Notes under the pieces: model-generated
What the model saw: only the letters and a program-made list of their open reading frames with translations
Database searches by the model: none
What the model was told of the DNA's origin: nothing
Part shown: positions 38,401 to 52,142 of the stretch, piece by piece
Layout: the number at the start of each line of letters is the position of its first letter
Position numbering within the stretch: the first letter of the stretch is position 1
DNA from: Auanema rhodensis
Lineage: Eukaryota > Animalia > Nematoda
NCBI GenBank assembly: GCA_964057225.1
Contig: OZ059895.1
Coordinates: forward strand, 23,064,001 to 23,128,000
Reading direction: 5' to 3'
DNA: 64,000 bases
Position numbers and translations under genes: made by a program

Positions 38401-41064
38401 GAAACTCAACATACACTAATGCATCATTTTTCAAACGATCATAACTAATTTTTGTATTAAGCGTTTCTCAATGTAGTATAGTGCATTCGATGCTGATTTT
38501 TAAGCTGCATCGATCTGTGTTATCAGATTTGCGCTAGCTTAAAAATGCACCGAGATATCAACTGATATAAGTTCACACTTATATCCTCGATTTTCACCCT
38601 GAAGAATTAATTTTTTCGTTGAATAACAATGTCCATCGTCTTTGCCTTGAAAAAAGAAATCTAAAAACATCTACTTTTTGCTAAATTATTTTGAAATTTT
38701 TCGAAAAAATTTTTGTCAAAATGTTTTTGGAAGCAATGTTGAGTGTACATGGAAACTCAACATACACTAATGCATCATTTTTCAAACGATCATAACTAAT
38801 TTTTGTATTAAGCGTTTCTCAATGTAGTATAGTGCATTCGATGCAGATTTTTAAGCTGCGTTGATCTGTGTTATCAGATTTGCGCTAGCTTAAAAATGCA
38901 CCGAGATATCAACTGATATATGTTCACACTTATATCCTCGATTTTCACCCTGAAGAATTAATTTTTTCGTTGAATAACAATGTCCATCGTCTTTGCCTTG
39001 AAAAAAGAAATCTAAAAACATCTACTTTTTGCTAAATTATTTTGAACTTTTTCGAAAAAATTTTTGTCAAAATGTTTTTGGAAGCAATGTTGAGTGTACA
39101 TGGAAACTCAACATACACTAATGCATCATTTTTCAAACGATCATAACTAATTTTTGTATTAAGTGTTTCTTAATGTAGTATAGTGCATTCGATGCGGATT
39201 TTTAAGCTGCGTCGATCTGTTTTATCAGATTTGCGCTAGCTTAAAAATGCACCGAGATATCAACTGATATAAGTTCACACTTATATCCTCGATTTTCACC
39301 CTGAAGAATTAATTTTTTCGTTGAATAACAATGTCTATCGTCTTCGCCTTGAAAAAAGGAATCTAAAAGCATCTACTTTTTGCTAAATTATTTCGAAATT
39401 TTTCGAAAAAATTTTTGTCAAAATGTTTTTGGAAGCAATGTTGAGTGTACATGGAAACTCAACATACACTAATGCATCATTTTTCAAACGATCATAACTA
39501 ATTTTTGTATTAAGCGTTTCTCAATGTAGTATAGTGCATTCGATGCGGATTTTTAAGCTGCATCGATCTGTGTTATCAGATTTGCGCTAGCTTAAAAATG
39601 CACCGAGATATCAACTGATATAAGTTCACACTTATATCCTCGATTTTCACCCTGAAGAATTAATTTTTTCGTTGAATAACAATGTCCATCGTCTTTGCCT
39701 TGAAAAAAGAAATCTAAAAACATCTACTTTTTGCTAAATTATTTTGAAATTTTTCGAAAAAATTTTTGTCAAAATGTTTTTGGAAGCAATGTTGAGTGTA
39801 CATGGAAACTCAACATACACTAATGCATCATTTTTCAAACGATCATAACTAATTTTTGTATTGAGCGTTTCTCAATGTAGTATAGTGCATTCGATGCAGA
39901 TTTTTAAGCTGCGTCGATCTGTGTTATCAGATTTGCGCTAGCTTAAAAATGCACCGAGATATCAACTGATATATGTTCACACTTATATCCTCGATTTTCA
40001 CCCTGAAGAATTAATTTTTTCGTTGAATAACAATGTCCATCGTCTTTGCCTTGAAAAAAGGAATCTAAAAACATCTACTTTTTGCTAAATTATTCTGAAA
40101 TTTTTCGAAAAAATTTTTGTCAAAATGTTTTTGGAAGCAATGTTGAGTGTACATGGAAACTCAACATACACTAATGCATCATTTTTCAAACGATCATAAC
40201 TAATTTTTGTATTAAGCGTTTCTCAATGTAGTATAGTGCATTCGATGCGGATTTTTAAGCTGCGTCGATCTGTGTTATCAGATTTGCGCTAGCTTAAAAA
40301 TGCACCGAGATATCAACTGATATATGTTCACACTTATATCCTCGATTTTCACCCTGAAGAATTAATTTTTTCGTTGAATAACAATGTCCATCGTCTTTGC
40401 CTTGAAAAAAGGAATCTAAAAACATCTACTTTTTGCTAAATTATTTCGAAATTTTTCGAAAAAATTTTTGTCAAAATGTTTTTGGAAGCAATGTTGAGTG
40501 AACATGGAAACTCAACATACACTAATGCATCATTTTTCAAACGATCATAACTAATTTTTGTATTAAGCGTTTCTCAATGTAGTATAGTGCATTCGATGCG
40601 GATTTTTAAGCTGCATCGATCTGTGTTATCAGATTTGCGCTAGCTTAAAAATGCACCGAGATATCAACTGATATAAGTTCACACTTATATCCTCGATTTT
40701 CACCCTGAAGAATTAATTTTTTCGTTGAATAACAATGTCCATCGTCTTTGCCTTGAAAAAAGAAATCTAAAAACATCTACTTTTTGCTAAATTATTTTGA
40801 AATTTTTCGAAAAAATTTTTGTCAAAATGTTTTTGGAAGCAATGTTGAGTGTACATGGAAACTCAACATACACTAATGCATCATTTTTCAAACGATCATA
40901 ACTAATTTTTGTATTAAGCGTTTCTCAATGTAGTATAGTGCATTCGATGCAGATTTTTAAGCTGCGTCGATCTGTGTTATCAGATTTGCGCTAGCTTAAA
41001 AATGCACCGAGATATCAACTGATATATGTTCACACTTATATCCTCGATTTTCACCCTGAAGAAT
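35449..41064. repeat. Tandem duplication of an 8-monomer block (2808 bp x2)
   Basis: TGCtGAT at 35686/38494, AAGtGTTTCtTA at 36356/39164, TTgAGCG at 37055/39863 and GTGaACAT at 37693/40501. All offsets are 2808 bp. Confidence 0.92.
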
Positions 41065-44000
41065 TAATTTTTTCGTTGAATAACAATGTCCATCGTCTTT
41101 GCCTTGAAAAAAGAAATCTAAAAACATCTACTTTTTGCTAAATTATTTTGAACTTTTTCGAAAAAATTTTTGTCAAAATGTTTTTGGAAGCAATGTTGAG
41201 TGTACATGGAAACTCAACATACACTAATGCATCATTTTTCAAACGATCATAACTAATTTTTGTATTGAGCGTTTCTCAATGTAGTATAGTGGATTCGATG
41301 CAGATTTTTAAGCTGCGTCGATCTGTGTTATCAGATTTGCGCTAGCTTAAAAATGCACCGAGATATCAACTGATATATGTTCACACTTATATCCTCGATT
41401 TTCACCCTGAAGAATTAATTTTTTCGTTGAATAACAATGTCCATCGTCTTTGCCTTGAAAAAAGAAATCTAAAAACATCTACTTTTTGCTAAATTATTTT
41501 GAACTTTTTCGAAAAAATTTTTGTCAAAATGTTTTTGGAAGCAATGTTGAGTGAACATGGAAACTCAACATACACTAATGCATCATTTTTCAAACGATCA
41601 TAACTAATTTTTGTATTAAGCGTTTCTCAATGTAGTATAGTGCATTCGATGCGGATTTTTAAGCTGCATCGATCTGTGTTATCAGATTTGCGCTAGCTTA
41701 AAAATGCACCGAGATATCAACTGATATAAGTTCACACTTATATCCTCGATTTTCACCCTGAAGAATTAATTTTTTCGTTGAATAACAATGTCCATCGTCT
41801 TTGCCTTGAAAAAAGAAATCTAAAAACATCTACTTTTTGCTAAATTATTTTGAAATTTTTCGAAAAAATTTTTGTCAAAATGTTTTTGGAAGCAATGTTG
41901 AGTGTACATGGAAACTCAACATACACTAATGCATCATTTTTCAAACGATCATAACTAATTTTTGTATTAAGCGTTTCTCAATGTAGTATAGTGCATTCGA
42001 TGCAGATTTTTAAGCTGCGTCGATCTGTGTTATCAGATTTGCGCTAGCTTAAAAATGCACCGAGATATCAACTGATATATGTTCACACTTATATCCTCGA
42101 TTTTCACCCTGAAGAATTAATTTTTTCGTTGAATAACAATGTCCATCGTCTTTGCCTTGAAAAAAGAAATCTAAAAACATCTACTTTTTGCTAAATTATT
42201 TTGAACTTTTTCGAAAAAATTTTTGTCAAAATGTTTTTGGAAGCAATGTTGAGTGTACATGGAAACTCAACATACACTAATGCATCATTTTTCAAACGAT
42301 CATAACTAATTTTTGTATTGAGCGTTTCTCAATGTAGTATAGTGGATTCGATGCAGATTTTTAAGCTGCGTCGATCTGTGTTATCAGATTTGCGCTAGCT
42401 TAAAAATGCACCGAGATATCAACTGATATATGTTCACACTTATATCCTCGATTTTCACCCTGAAGAATTAATTTTTTCGTTGAATAACAATGTCCATCGT
42501 CTTTGCCTTGAAAAAAGAAATCTAAAAACATCTACTTTTTGCTAAATTATTTTGAAATTTTTCGAAAAAATTTTTGTCAAAATGTTTTTGGAAGCAATGT
42601 TGAGTGTACATGGAAACTCAACATACACTAATGCATCATTTTTCAAACGATCATAACTTATTTTGTGTATTAAGCGTTTCTCAATGTAGTATAGTGCATT
42701 CGATGCGGATTTTTAAGCTGCGTCGATCTGTGTTATCAGATTTGCGCTAGCTTAAAAATGCACCGAGATATCAACTGATATATGTTCACACTTATATCCT
42801 CGATTTTCACCCTGAAGAATTAATTTTTTCGTTGAATAACAATGTCCATCGTCTTTGCCTTGAAAAAAGGAATCTAAAAACATCTACTTTTTGCTAAATT
42901 ATTTCAAAATTTTTCGAAAAAATTTTTGTCAAAATGTTTTTGGAAGCAATGTTGAGTGTACATGGAAACTCAACATACACTAATGCATCATTTTTCAAAC
43001 GATCATAACTAATTTTTGTATTAAGCGTTTCTCAATGTAGTATAGTGCATTCGATGCGGATTTTTAAGCTGCGTCGATCTGTGTTATCAGATTTGCGCTA
43101 GCTTAAAAATGCACCGAGATATCAACTGATATAAGTTCACACTTATATCCTCGATTTTCACCCTGAAGAATTAATTTTTTCGTTGAATAACAATGTCTAT
43201 CGTCTTTGCCTTGAAAAAAGGAATCTAAAAGCATCTACTTTTTGCTAAATTATTTTGAAATTTTTCGAAAAAATTTTTGTCAAAATGTTTTTGGAAGCAA
43301 TGTTGAGTGTACATGGAAACTCAACATACACTAATGCATCATTTTTCAAACGATCATAACTAATTTTTGTATTAAGCGTTTCTCAATGTAGTATAGTGCA
43401 TTCGATGCGGATTTTTAAGCTGCGTCGATCTGTGTTATCAGATTTGCGCTAGCTTAAAAATGCACCGAGATATCAACTGATATATGTTCACACTTATATC
43501 CTCGATTTTCACCCTGAAGAATTAATTTTTTCGTTGAATAACATCGTCCATCGTCTTTGCCTTGAAAAAAGGAATCTAAAAACATCTACTTTTTGCTAAA
43601 TTATTCCGAAATTTTTCGAAAAAATTTTTGTCAAAATGTTTTTGGAAGCAATGTTGAGTGTACATGGAAACTCAACATACACTAATGCATCATTTTTCAA
43701 ACGATCATAACTAATTTTTGTATTAAGCGTTTCTCAATGTAGTATAGTGCATTCGATGCGGATTTTTAAGCTGCGTCGATCTGTGTTATCAGATTTGCGC
43801 TAGCTTAAAAATGCACCGAGATATCAACTGATATATGTTCACACTTATATCCTCGATTTTCACCCTGAAGAATTAATTTTTTCGTTGAATAACAATGTCC
43901 ATCGTCTTTGCCTTGAAAAAAGGAATCTAAAAACATCTACTTTTTGCTAAATTATTTCAAAATTTTTCGAAAAAATTTTTGTCAAAATGTTTTTGGAAGC

Positions 44001-47000
44001 AATGTTGAGTGTACATGGAAACTCAACATACACTAATGCATCATTTTTCAAACGATCATAACTAATTTTTGTATTAAGCGTTTCTCAATGTAGTATAGTG
44101 CATTCGATGCGGATTTTTAAGCTGCGTCGATCTGTGTTATCAGATTTGCGCTAGCTTAAAAATGCACCGAGATATCAACTGATATAAGTTCACACTTATA
44201 TCCTCGATTTTCACCCTGAAGAATTAATTTTTTCGTTGAATAACAATGTCCATCGTCTTTGCCTTGAAAAAAGGAATCTAAAAACATCTACTTTTTGCTA
44301 AATTATTCTGAAATTTTTCGAAAAAATTTTTGTCAAAATGTTTTTGGAAGCAATGTTGAGTGTACATGGAAACTCAACATACACTAATGCATCATTTTTC
44401 AAACGATCATAACTAATTTTTGTATTAAGCGTTTCTCAATGTAGTATAGTGCATTCGATGCGGATTTTTAAGCTGCGTCGATCTGTGTTATCAGATTTGC
44501 GCTAGCTTAAAAATGCACCGAGATATCAACTGATATATGTTCACACTTATATCCTCGATTTTCACCCTGAAGAATTAATTTTTTCGTTGAATAACAATGT
44601 CCATCGTCTTTGCCTTGAAAAAAGGAATCTAAAAACATCTACTTTTTGCTAAATTATTTCGAAATTTTTCGAAAAAATTTTTGTCAAAATGTTTTTGGAA
44701 GCAATGTTGAGTGAACATGGAAACTCAACATACACTAATGCATCATTTTTCAAACGATCATAACTAATTTTTGTATTAAGCGTTTCTCAATGTAGTATAG
44801 TGCATTCGATGCGGATTTTTAAGCTGCATCGATCTGTGTTATCAGATTTGCGCTAGCTTAAAAATGCACCGAGATATCAACTGATATAAGTTCACACTTA
44901 TATCCTCGATTTTCACCCTGAAGAATTAATTTTTTCGTTGAATAACAATGTCCATCGTCTTTGCCTTGAAAAAAGAAATCTAAAAACATCTACTTTTTGC
45001 TAAATTATTTTGAATTTTTTCGAAAAAATTTTTGTCAAAATGTTTTTGGAAGCAATGTTGAGTGTACATGGAAACTCAACATACACTAATGCATCATTTT
45101 TCAAACGATCATAACTAATTTTTGTATTAAGCGTTTCTCAATGTAGTATAGTGCATTCGATGCAGATTTTTAAGCTGCGTCGATCTGTGTTATCAGATTT
45201 GCGCTAGCTTAAAAATGCACCGAGATATCAACTGATATATGTTCACACTTATATCCTCGATTTTCACCCTGAAGAATTAATTTTTTCGTTGAATAACAAT
45301 GTCCATCGTCTTTGCCTTGAAAAAAGAAATCTAAAAACATCTACTTTTTGCTAAATTATTTTGAACTTTTTCGAAAAACTTTTTGTCAAAATGTTTTTGG
45401 AAGCAATGTTGAGTGTACATGGAAACTCAACATACACTAATGCATCATTTTTCAAACGATCATAACTAATTTTTGTATTGAGCGTTTCTCAATGTAGTAT
45501 AGTGGATTCGATGCAGATTTTTAAGCTGCGTCGATCTGTGTTATCAGATTTGCGCTAGCTTAAAAATGCACCGAGATATCAACTGATATATGTTCACACT
45601 TATATCCTCGATTTTCACCCTGAAGAATTAATTTTTTCGTTGAATAACAATGTCCATCGTCTTTGCCTTGAAAAAAGAAATCTAAAAACATCTACTTTTT
45701 GCTAAATTATTTTGAAATTTTTCGAAAAAATTTTTGTCAAAATGTTTTTGGAAGCAATGTTGAGTGTACATGGAAACTCAACATACACTAATGCATCATT
45801 TTTCAAACGATCATAACTTATTTTGTGTATTAAGCGTTTCTCAATGTAGTATAGTGCATTCGATGCGGATTTTTAAGCTGCGTCGATCTGTGTTATCAGA
45901 TTTGCGCTAGCTTAAAAATGCACCGAGATATCAACTGATATATGTTCACACTTATATCCTCGATTTTCACCCTGAAGAATTAATTTTTTCGTTGAATAAC
46001 AATGTCCGTCGTCTTTGCCTTGAAAAAAGGAATCTAAAAACATCTACTTTTTGCTAAATTATTTCAAAATTTTTCGAAAAAATTTTTGTCAAAATGTTTT
46101 TGGAAGCAATGTTGAGTGTACATGGAAACTCAACATACACTAATGCATCATTTTTCAAACGATCATAACTAATTTTTGTATTAAGCGTTTCTCAATGTAG
46201 TATAGTGCATTCGATGCGGATTTTTAAGCTGCGTCGATCTGTGTTATCAGATTTGCGCTAGCTTAAAAATGCACCGAGATATCAACTGATATAAGTTCAC
46301 ACTTATATCCTCGATTTTCACCCTGAAGAATTAATTTTTTCGTTGAATAACAATGTCTATCGTCTTTGCCTTGAAAAAAGGAATCTAAAAGCATCTACTT
46401 TTTGCTAAATTATTTTGAAATTTTTCGAAAAAATTTTTGTCAAAATGTTTTTGGAAGCAATGTTGAGTGTACATGGAAACTCAACATACACTAATGCATC
46501 ATTTTTCAAACGATCATAACTAATTTTTGTATTAAGCGTTTCTCAATGTAGTATAGTGCATTCGATGCGGATTTTTAAGCTGCGTCGATCTGTGTTATCA
46601 GATTTGCGCTAGCTTAAAAATGCACCGAGATATCAACTGATATATGTTCACACTTATATCCTCGATTTTCACCCTGAAGAATTAATTTTTTCGTTGAATA
46701 ACAATGTCCATCGTCTTTGCCTTGAAAAAAGAAATCTAAAAACATCTACTTTTTGCTAAATTATTTTGAAATTTTTCGAAAAAATTTTTGTCAAAATGTT
46801 TTTGGAAGCAATGTTGAGTGTACATGGAAACTCAACATACACTAATGCATCATTTTTCAAACGATCATAACTTATTTTGTGTATTAAGCGTTTCTCAATG
46901 TAGTATAGTGCATTCGATGCGGATTTTTAAGCTGCGTCGATCTGTGTTATCAGATTTGCGCTAGCTTAAAAATGCACCGAGATATCAACTGATATATGTT

Positions 47001-50000
47001 CACACTTATATCCTCGATTTTCACCCTGAAGAATTAATTTTTTCGTTGAATAACAATGTCCATCGTCTTTGCCTTGAAAAAAGGAATCTAAAAACATCTA
47101 CTTTTTGCTAAATTATTTCAAAATTTTTCGAAAAAATTTTTGTCAAAATGTTTTTGGAAGCAATGTTGAGTGTACATGGAAACTCAACATACACTAATGC
47201 ATCATTTTTCAAACGATCATAACTAATTTTTGTATTAAGCGTTTCTCAATGTAGTATAGTGCATTCGATGCGGATTTTTAAGCTGCGTCGATCTGTGTTA
47301 TCAGATTTGCGCTAGCTTAAAAATGCACCGAGATATCAACTGATATAAGTTCACACTTATATCCTCGATTTTCACCCTGAAGAATTAATTTTTTCGTTGA
47401 ATAACAATGTCTATCGTCTTTGCCTTGAAAAAAGGAATCTAAAAGCATCTACTTTTTGCTAAATTATTTTGAAATTTTTCGAAAAAATTTTTGTCAAAAT
47501 GTTTTTGGAAGCAATGTTGAGTGTACATGGAAACTCAACATACACTAATGCATCATTTTTCAAACGATCATAACTAATTTTTGTATTAAGCGTTTCTCAA
47601 TGTAGTATAGTGCATTCGATGCGGATTTTTAAGCTGCGTCGATCTGTGTTATCAGATTTGCGCTAGCTTAAAAATGCACCGAGATATCAACTGATATATG
47701 TTCACACTTATATCCTCGATTTTCACCCTGAAGAATTAATTTTTTCGTTGAATAACATCGTCCATCGTCTTTGCCTTGAAAAAAGGAATCTAAAAACATC
47801 TACTTTTTGCTAAATTATTCCGAAATTTTTCGAAAAAATTTTTGTCAAAATGTTTTTGGAAGCAATGTTGAGTGTACATGGAAACTCAACATACACTAAT
47901 GCATCATTTTTCAAACGATCATAACTAATTTTTGTATTAAGCGTTTCTCAATGTAGTATAGTGCATTCGATGCGGATTTTTAAGCTGCATCGATCTGTGT
48001 TATCAGATTTGCGCTAGCTTAAAAATGCACCGAGATATCAACTGATATAAGTTCACACTTATATCCTCGATTTTCACCCTGAAGAATTAATTTTTTCGTT
48101 GAATAACAATGTTCATCGTCTTTGCCTTGAAAAAAGGAATCTAAAAACATCTACTTTTTGCTAAATTATTTTGAAATTTTTCGAAAAAATTTTTGTCAAA
48201 ATGTTTTTGGAAGCAATGTTGAGTGTACATGGAAACTCAACATACACTAATGCATCATTTTTCAAACGATCATAACTTATTTTGTGTATTAAGCGTTTCT
48301 CAATGTAGTATAGTGCATTCGATGCGGATTTTTAAGCTGCGTCGATCTGTGTTATCAGATTTGCGCTAGCTTAAAAATGCACCGAGATATCAACTGATAT
48401 ATGTTCACACTTATATCCTCGATTTTCACCCTGAAGAATTAATTTTTTCGTTGAATAACAATGTCCATCGTCTTTGCCTTGAAAAAAGGAATCTAAAAAC
48501 ATCTACTTTTTGCTAAATTATTTCAAAATTTTTCGAAAAAATTTTTGTCAAAATGTTTTTGGAAGCAATGTTGAGTGTACATGGAAACTCAACATACACT
48601 AATGCATCATTTTTCAAACGATCATAACTAATTTTTGTATTAAGCGTTTCTCAATGTAGTATGGTGCATTCGATGCGGATTTTTAAGCTGCGTCGATCTG
48701 TGTTATCAGATTTGCGCTAGCTTAAAAATGCACCGAGATATCAACTGATATAAGTTCACACTTATATCCTCGATTTTCACCCTGAAGAATTAATTTTTTC
48801 GTTGAATAACAATGTCTATCGTCTTTGCCTTGAAAAAAGGAATCTAAAAGCATCTACTTTTTGCTAAATTATTTTGAAATTTTTCGAAAAAATTTTTGTC
48901 AAAATGTTTTTGGAAGCAATGTTGAGTGTACATGGAAACTCAACATACACTAATGCATCATTTTTCAAACGATCATAACTAATTTTTGTATTAAGCGTTT
49001 CTCAATGTAGTATAGTGCATTCGATGCGGATTTTTAAGCTGCGTCGATCTGTGTTATCAGATTTGCGCTAGCTTAAAAATGCACCGAGATATCAACTGAT
49101 ATATGTTCACACTTATATCCTCGATTTTCACCCTGAAGAATTAATTTTTTCGTTGAATAACATCGTCCATCGTCTTTGCCTTGAAAAAAGGAATCTAAAA
49201 ACATCTACTTTTTGCTAAATTATTCCGAAATTTTTCGAAAAAATTTTTGTCAAAATGTTTTTGGAAGCAATGTTGAGTGTACATGGAAACTCAACATACA
49301 CTAATGCATCATTTTTCAAACGATCATAACTAATTTTTGTATTAAGCGTTTCTCAATGTAGTATAGTGCATTCGATGCGGAGTTTTAAGCTGCGTCGATC
49401 TGTGTTATCAGATTTGCGCTAGCTTAAAAATGCACCGAGATATCAACTGATATATGTTCACACTTATATCCTCGATTTTCACCCTGAAGAATTAATTTTT
49501 TCGTTGAATAACAATGTCCATCGTCTTTGCCTTGAAAAAAGGAATCTAAAAACATCTACTTTTTGCTAAATTATTTCAAAATTTTTCGAAAAAATTTTTG
49601 TCAAAATGTTTTTGGAAGCAATGTTGAGTGTACATGGAAACTCAACATACACTAATGCATCATTTTTCAAACGATCATAACTAATTTTTGTATTAAGCGT
49701 TTCTCAATGTAGTATGGTGCATTCGATGCGGATTTTTAAGCTGCGTCGATCTGTGTTATCAGATTTGCGCTAGCTTAAAAATGCACCGAGATATCAACTG
49801 ATATAAGTTCACACTTATATCCTCGATTTTCACCCTGAAGAATTAATTTTTTCGTTGAATAACAATGTCTATCGTCTTTGCCTTGAAAAAAGGAATCTAA
49901 AAGCATCTACTTTTTGCTAAATTATTTTGAAATTTTTCGAAAAAATTTTTGTCAAAATGTTTTTGGAAGCAATGTTGAGTGTACATGGAAACTCAACATA

Positions 50001-52142
50001 CACTAATGCATCATTTTTCAAACGATCATAACTAATTTTTGTATTGAGCGTTTCTCAATGTAGTATAGTGCATTCGATGCGGATTTTTAAGCTGCGTCGA
50101 TCTGTGTTATCAGATTTGCGCTAGCTTAAAAATGCACCGAGATATCAACTGATATATGTTCACACTTATATCCTCGATTTTCACCCTGAAGAATTAATTT
50201 TTTCGTTGAATAACATCGTCCATCGTCTTTGCCTTGAAAAAAGGAATCTAAAAACATCTACTTTTTGCTAAATTATTCCGAAATTTTTCGAAAAAATTTT
50301 TGTCAAAATGTTTTTGGAAGCAATGTTGAGTGTACATGGAAACTCAACATACACTAATGCATCATTTTTCAAACGATCATAACTAATTTTTGTATTAAGC
50401 GTTTCTCAATGTAGTATAGTGCATTCGATGCGGATTTTTAAGCTGCGTCGATCTGTGTTATCAGATTTGCGCTAGCTTAAAAATGCACCGAGATATCAAC
50501 TGATATATGTTCACACTTATATCCTCGATTTTCACCCTGAAGAATTAATTTTTTCGTTGAATAACAATGTCCATCGTCTTTGCCTTGAAAAAAGGAATCT
50601 AAAAACATCTACTTTTTGCTAAATTATTTCGAAATTTTTCGAAAAAATTTTTGTCAAAATGTTTTTGGAAGCAATGTTGAGTGTACATGGAAACTCAACA
50701 TACACTAATGCATCATTTTTCAAACGATCATAACTAATTTTTGTATTGAGCGTTTCTCAATGTAGTATAGTGGATTCGATGCAGATTTTTAAGCTGCGTC
50801 GATCTGTGTTATCAGATTTGCGCTAGCTTAAAAATGCACCGAGATATCAACTGATATATGTTCACACTTATATCCTCGATTTTCACCCTGAAGAATTAAT
50901 TTTTTCGTTGAATAACAATGTCCATCGTCTTTGCCTTGAAAAAAGAAATCTAAAAACATCTACTTTTTGCTAAATTATTTTGAAATTTTTCGAAAAAATT
51001 TTTGTCAAAATGTTTTTGGAAGCAATGTTGAGTGTACATGGAAACTCAACATACACTAATGCATCATTTTTCAAACGATCATAACTTATTTTGTGTATTA
51101 AGCGTTTCTCAATGTAGTATAGTGCATTCGATGCGGATTTTTAAGCTGCGTCGATCTGTGTTATCAGATTTGCGCTAGCTTAAAAATGCACCGAGATATC
51201 AACTGATATATGTTCACACTTATATCCTCGATTTTCACCCTGAAGAATTAATTTTTTCGTTGAATAACAATGTCCATCGTCTTTGCCTTGAAAAAAGGAA
51301 TCTAAAAACATCTACTTTTTGCTAAATTATTTCAAAATTTTTCGAAAAAATTTTTGTCAAAATGTTTTTGGAAGCAATGTTGAGTGTACATGGAAACTCA
51401 ACATACACTAATGCATCATTTTTCAAACGATCATAACTAATTTTTGTATCAAGCGTTTCTCAATGTAGTATAGTGCATTCGATGCGGATTTTTAAGCTGC
51501 ATCGATCTGTGTTATCAGATTTGCGCTAGCTTAAAAATGCACCGAGATATCAACTGATATAAGTTCACACTTATATCCTCGATTTTCACCCTGAAGAATT
51601 AATTTTTTCGTTGAATAACAATGTCCATCGTCTTTGCCTTGAAAAAAGAAATCTAAAAACATCTACTTTTTGCTAAATTATTTTGAATTTTTTCGAAAAA
51701 ATTTTTGTCAAAATGTTTTTGGAAGCAATGTTGAGTGTACATGGAAACTCAACATACACTAATGCATCATTTTTCAAACGATCATAACTAATTTTTGTAT
51801 TAAGCGTTTCTCAATGTAGTATAGTGCATTCGATGCAGATTTTTAAGCTGCGTCGATCTGTGTTATCAGATTTGCGCTAGCTTAAAAATGCACCGAGATA
51901 TCAACTGATATATGTTCACACTTATATCCTCGATTTTCACCCTGAAGAATTAATTTTTTCGTTGAATAACAATGTCCATCGTCTTTGCCTTGAAAAAAGA
52001 AATCTAAAAACATCTACTTTTTGCTAAATTATTTTGAACTTTTTCGAAAAAATTTTTGTCAAAATGTTTTTGGAAGCAATGTTGAGTGTACATGGAAACT
52101 CAACATACACTAATGCATCATTTTTCAAACGATCATAACTTA

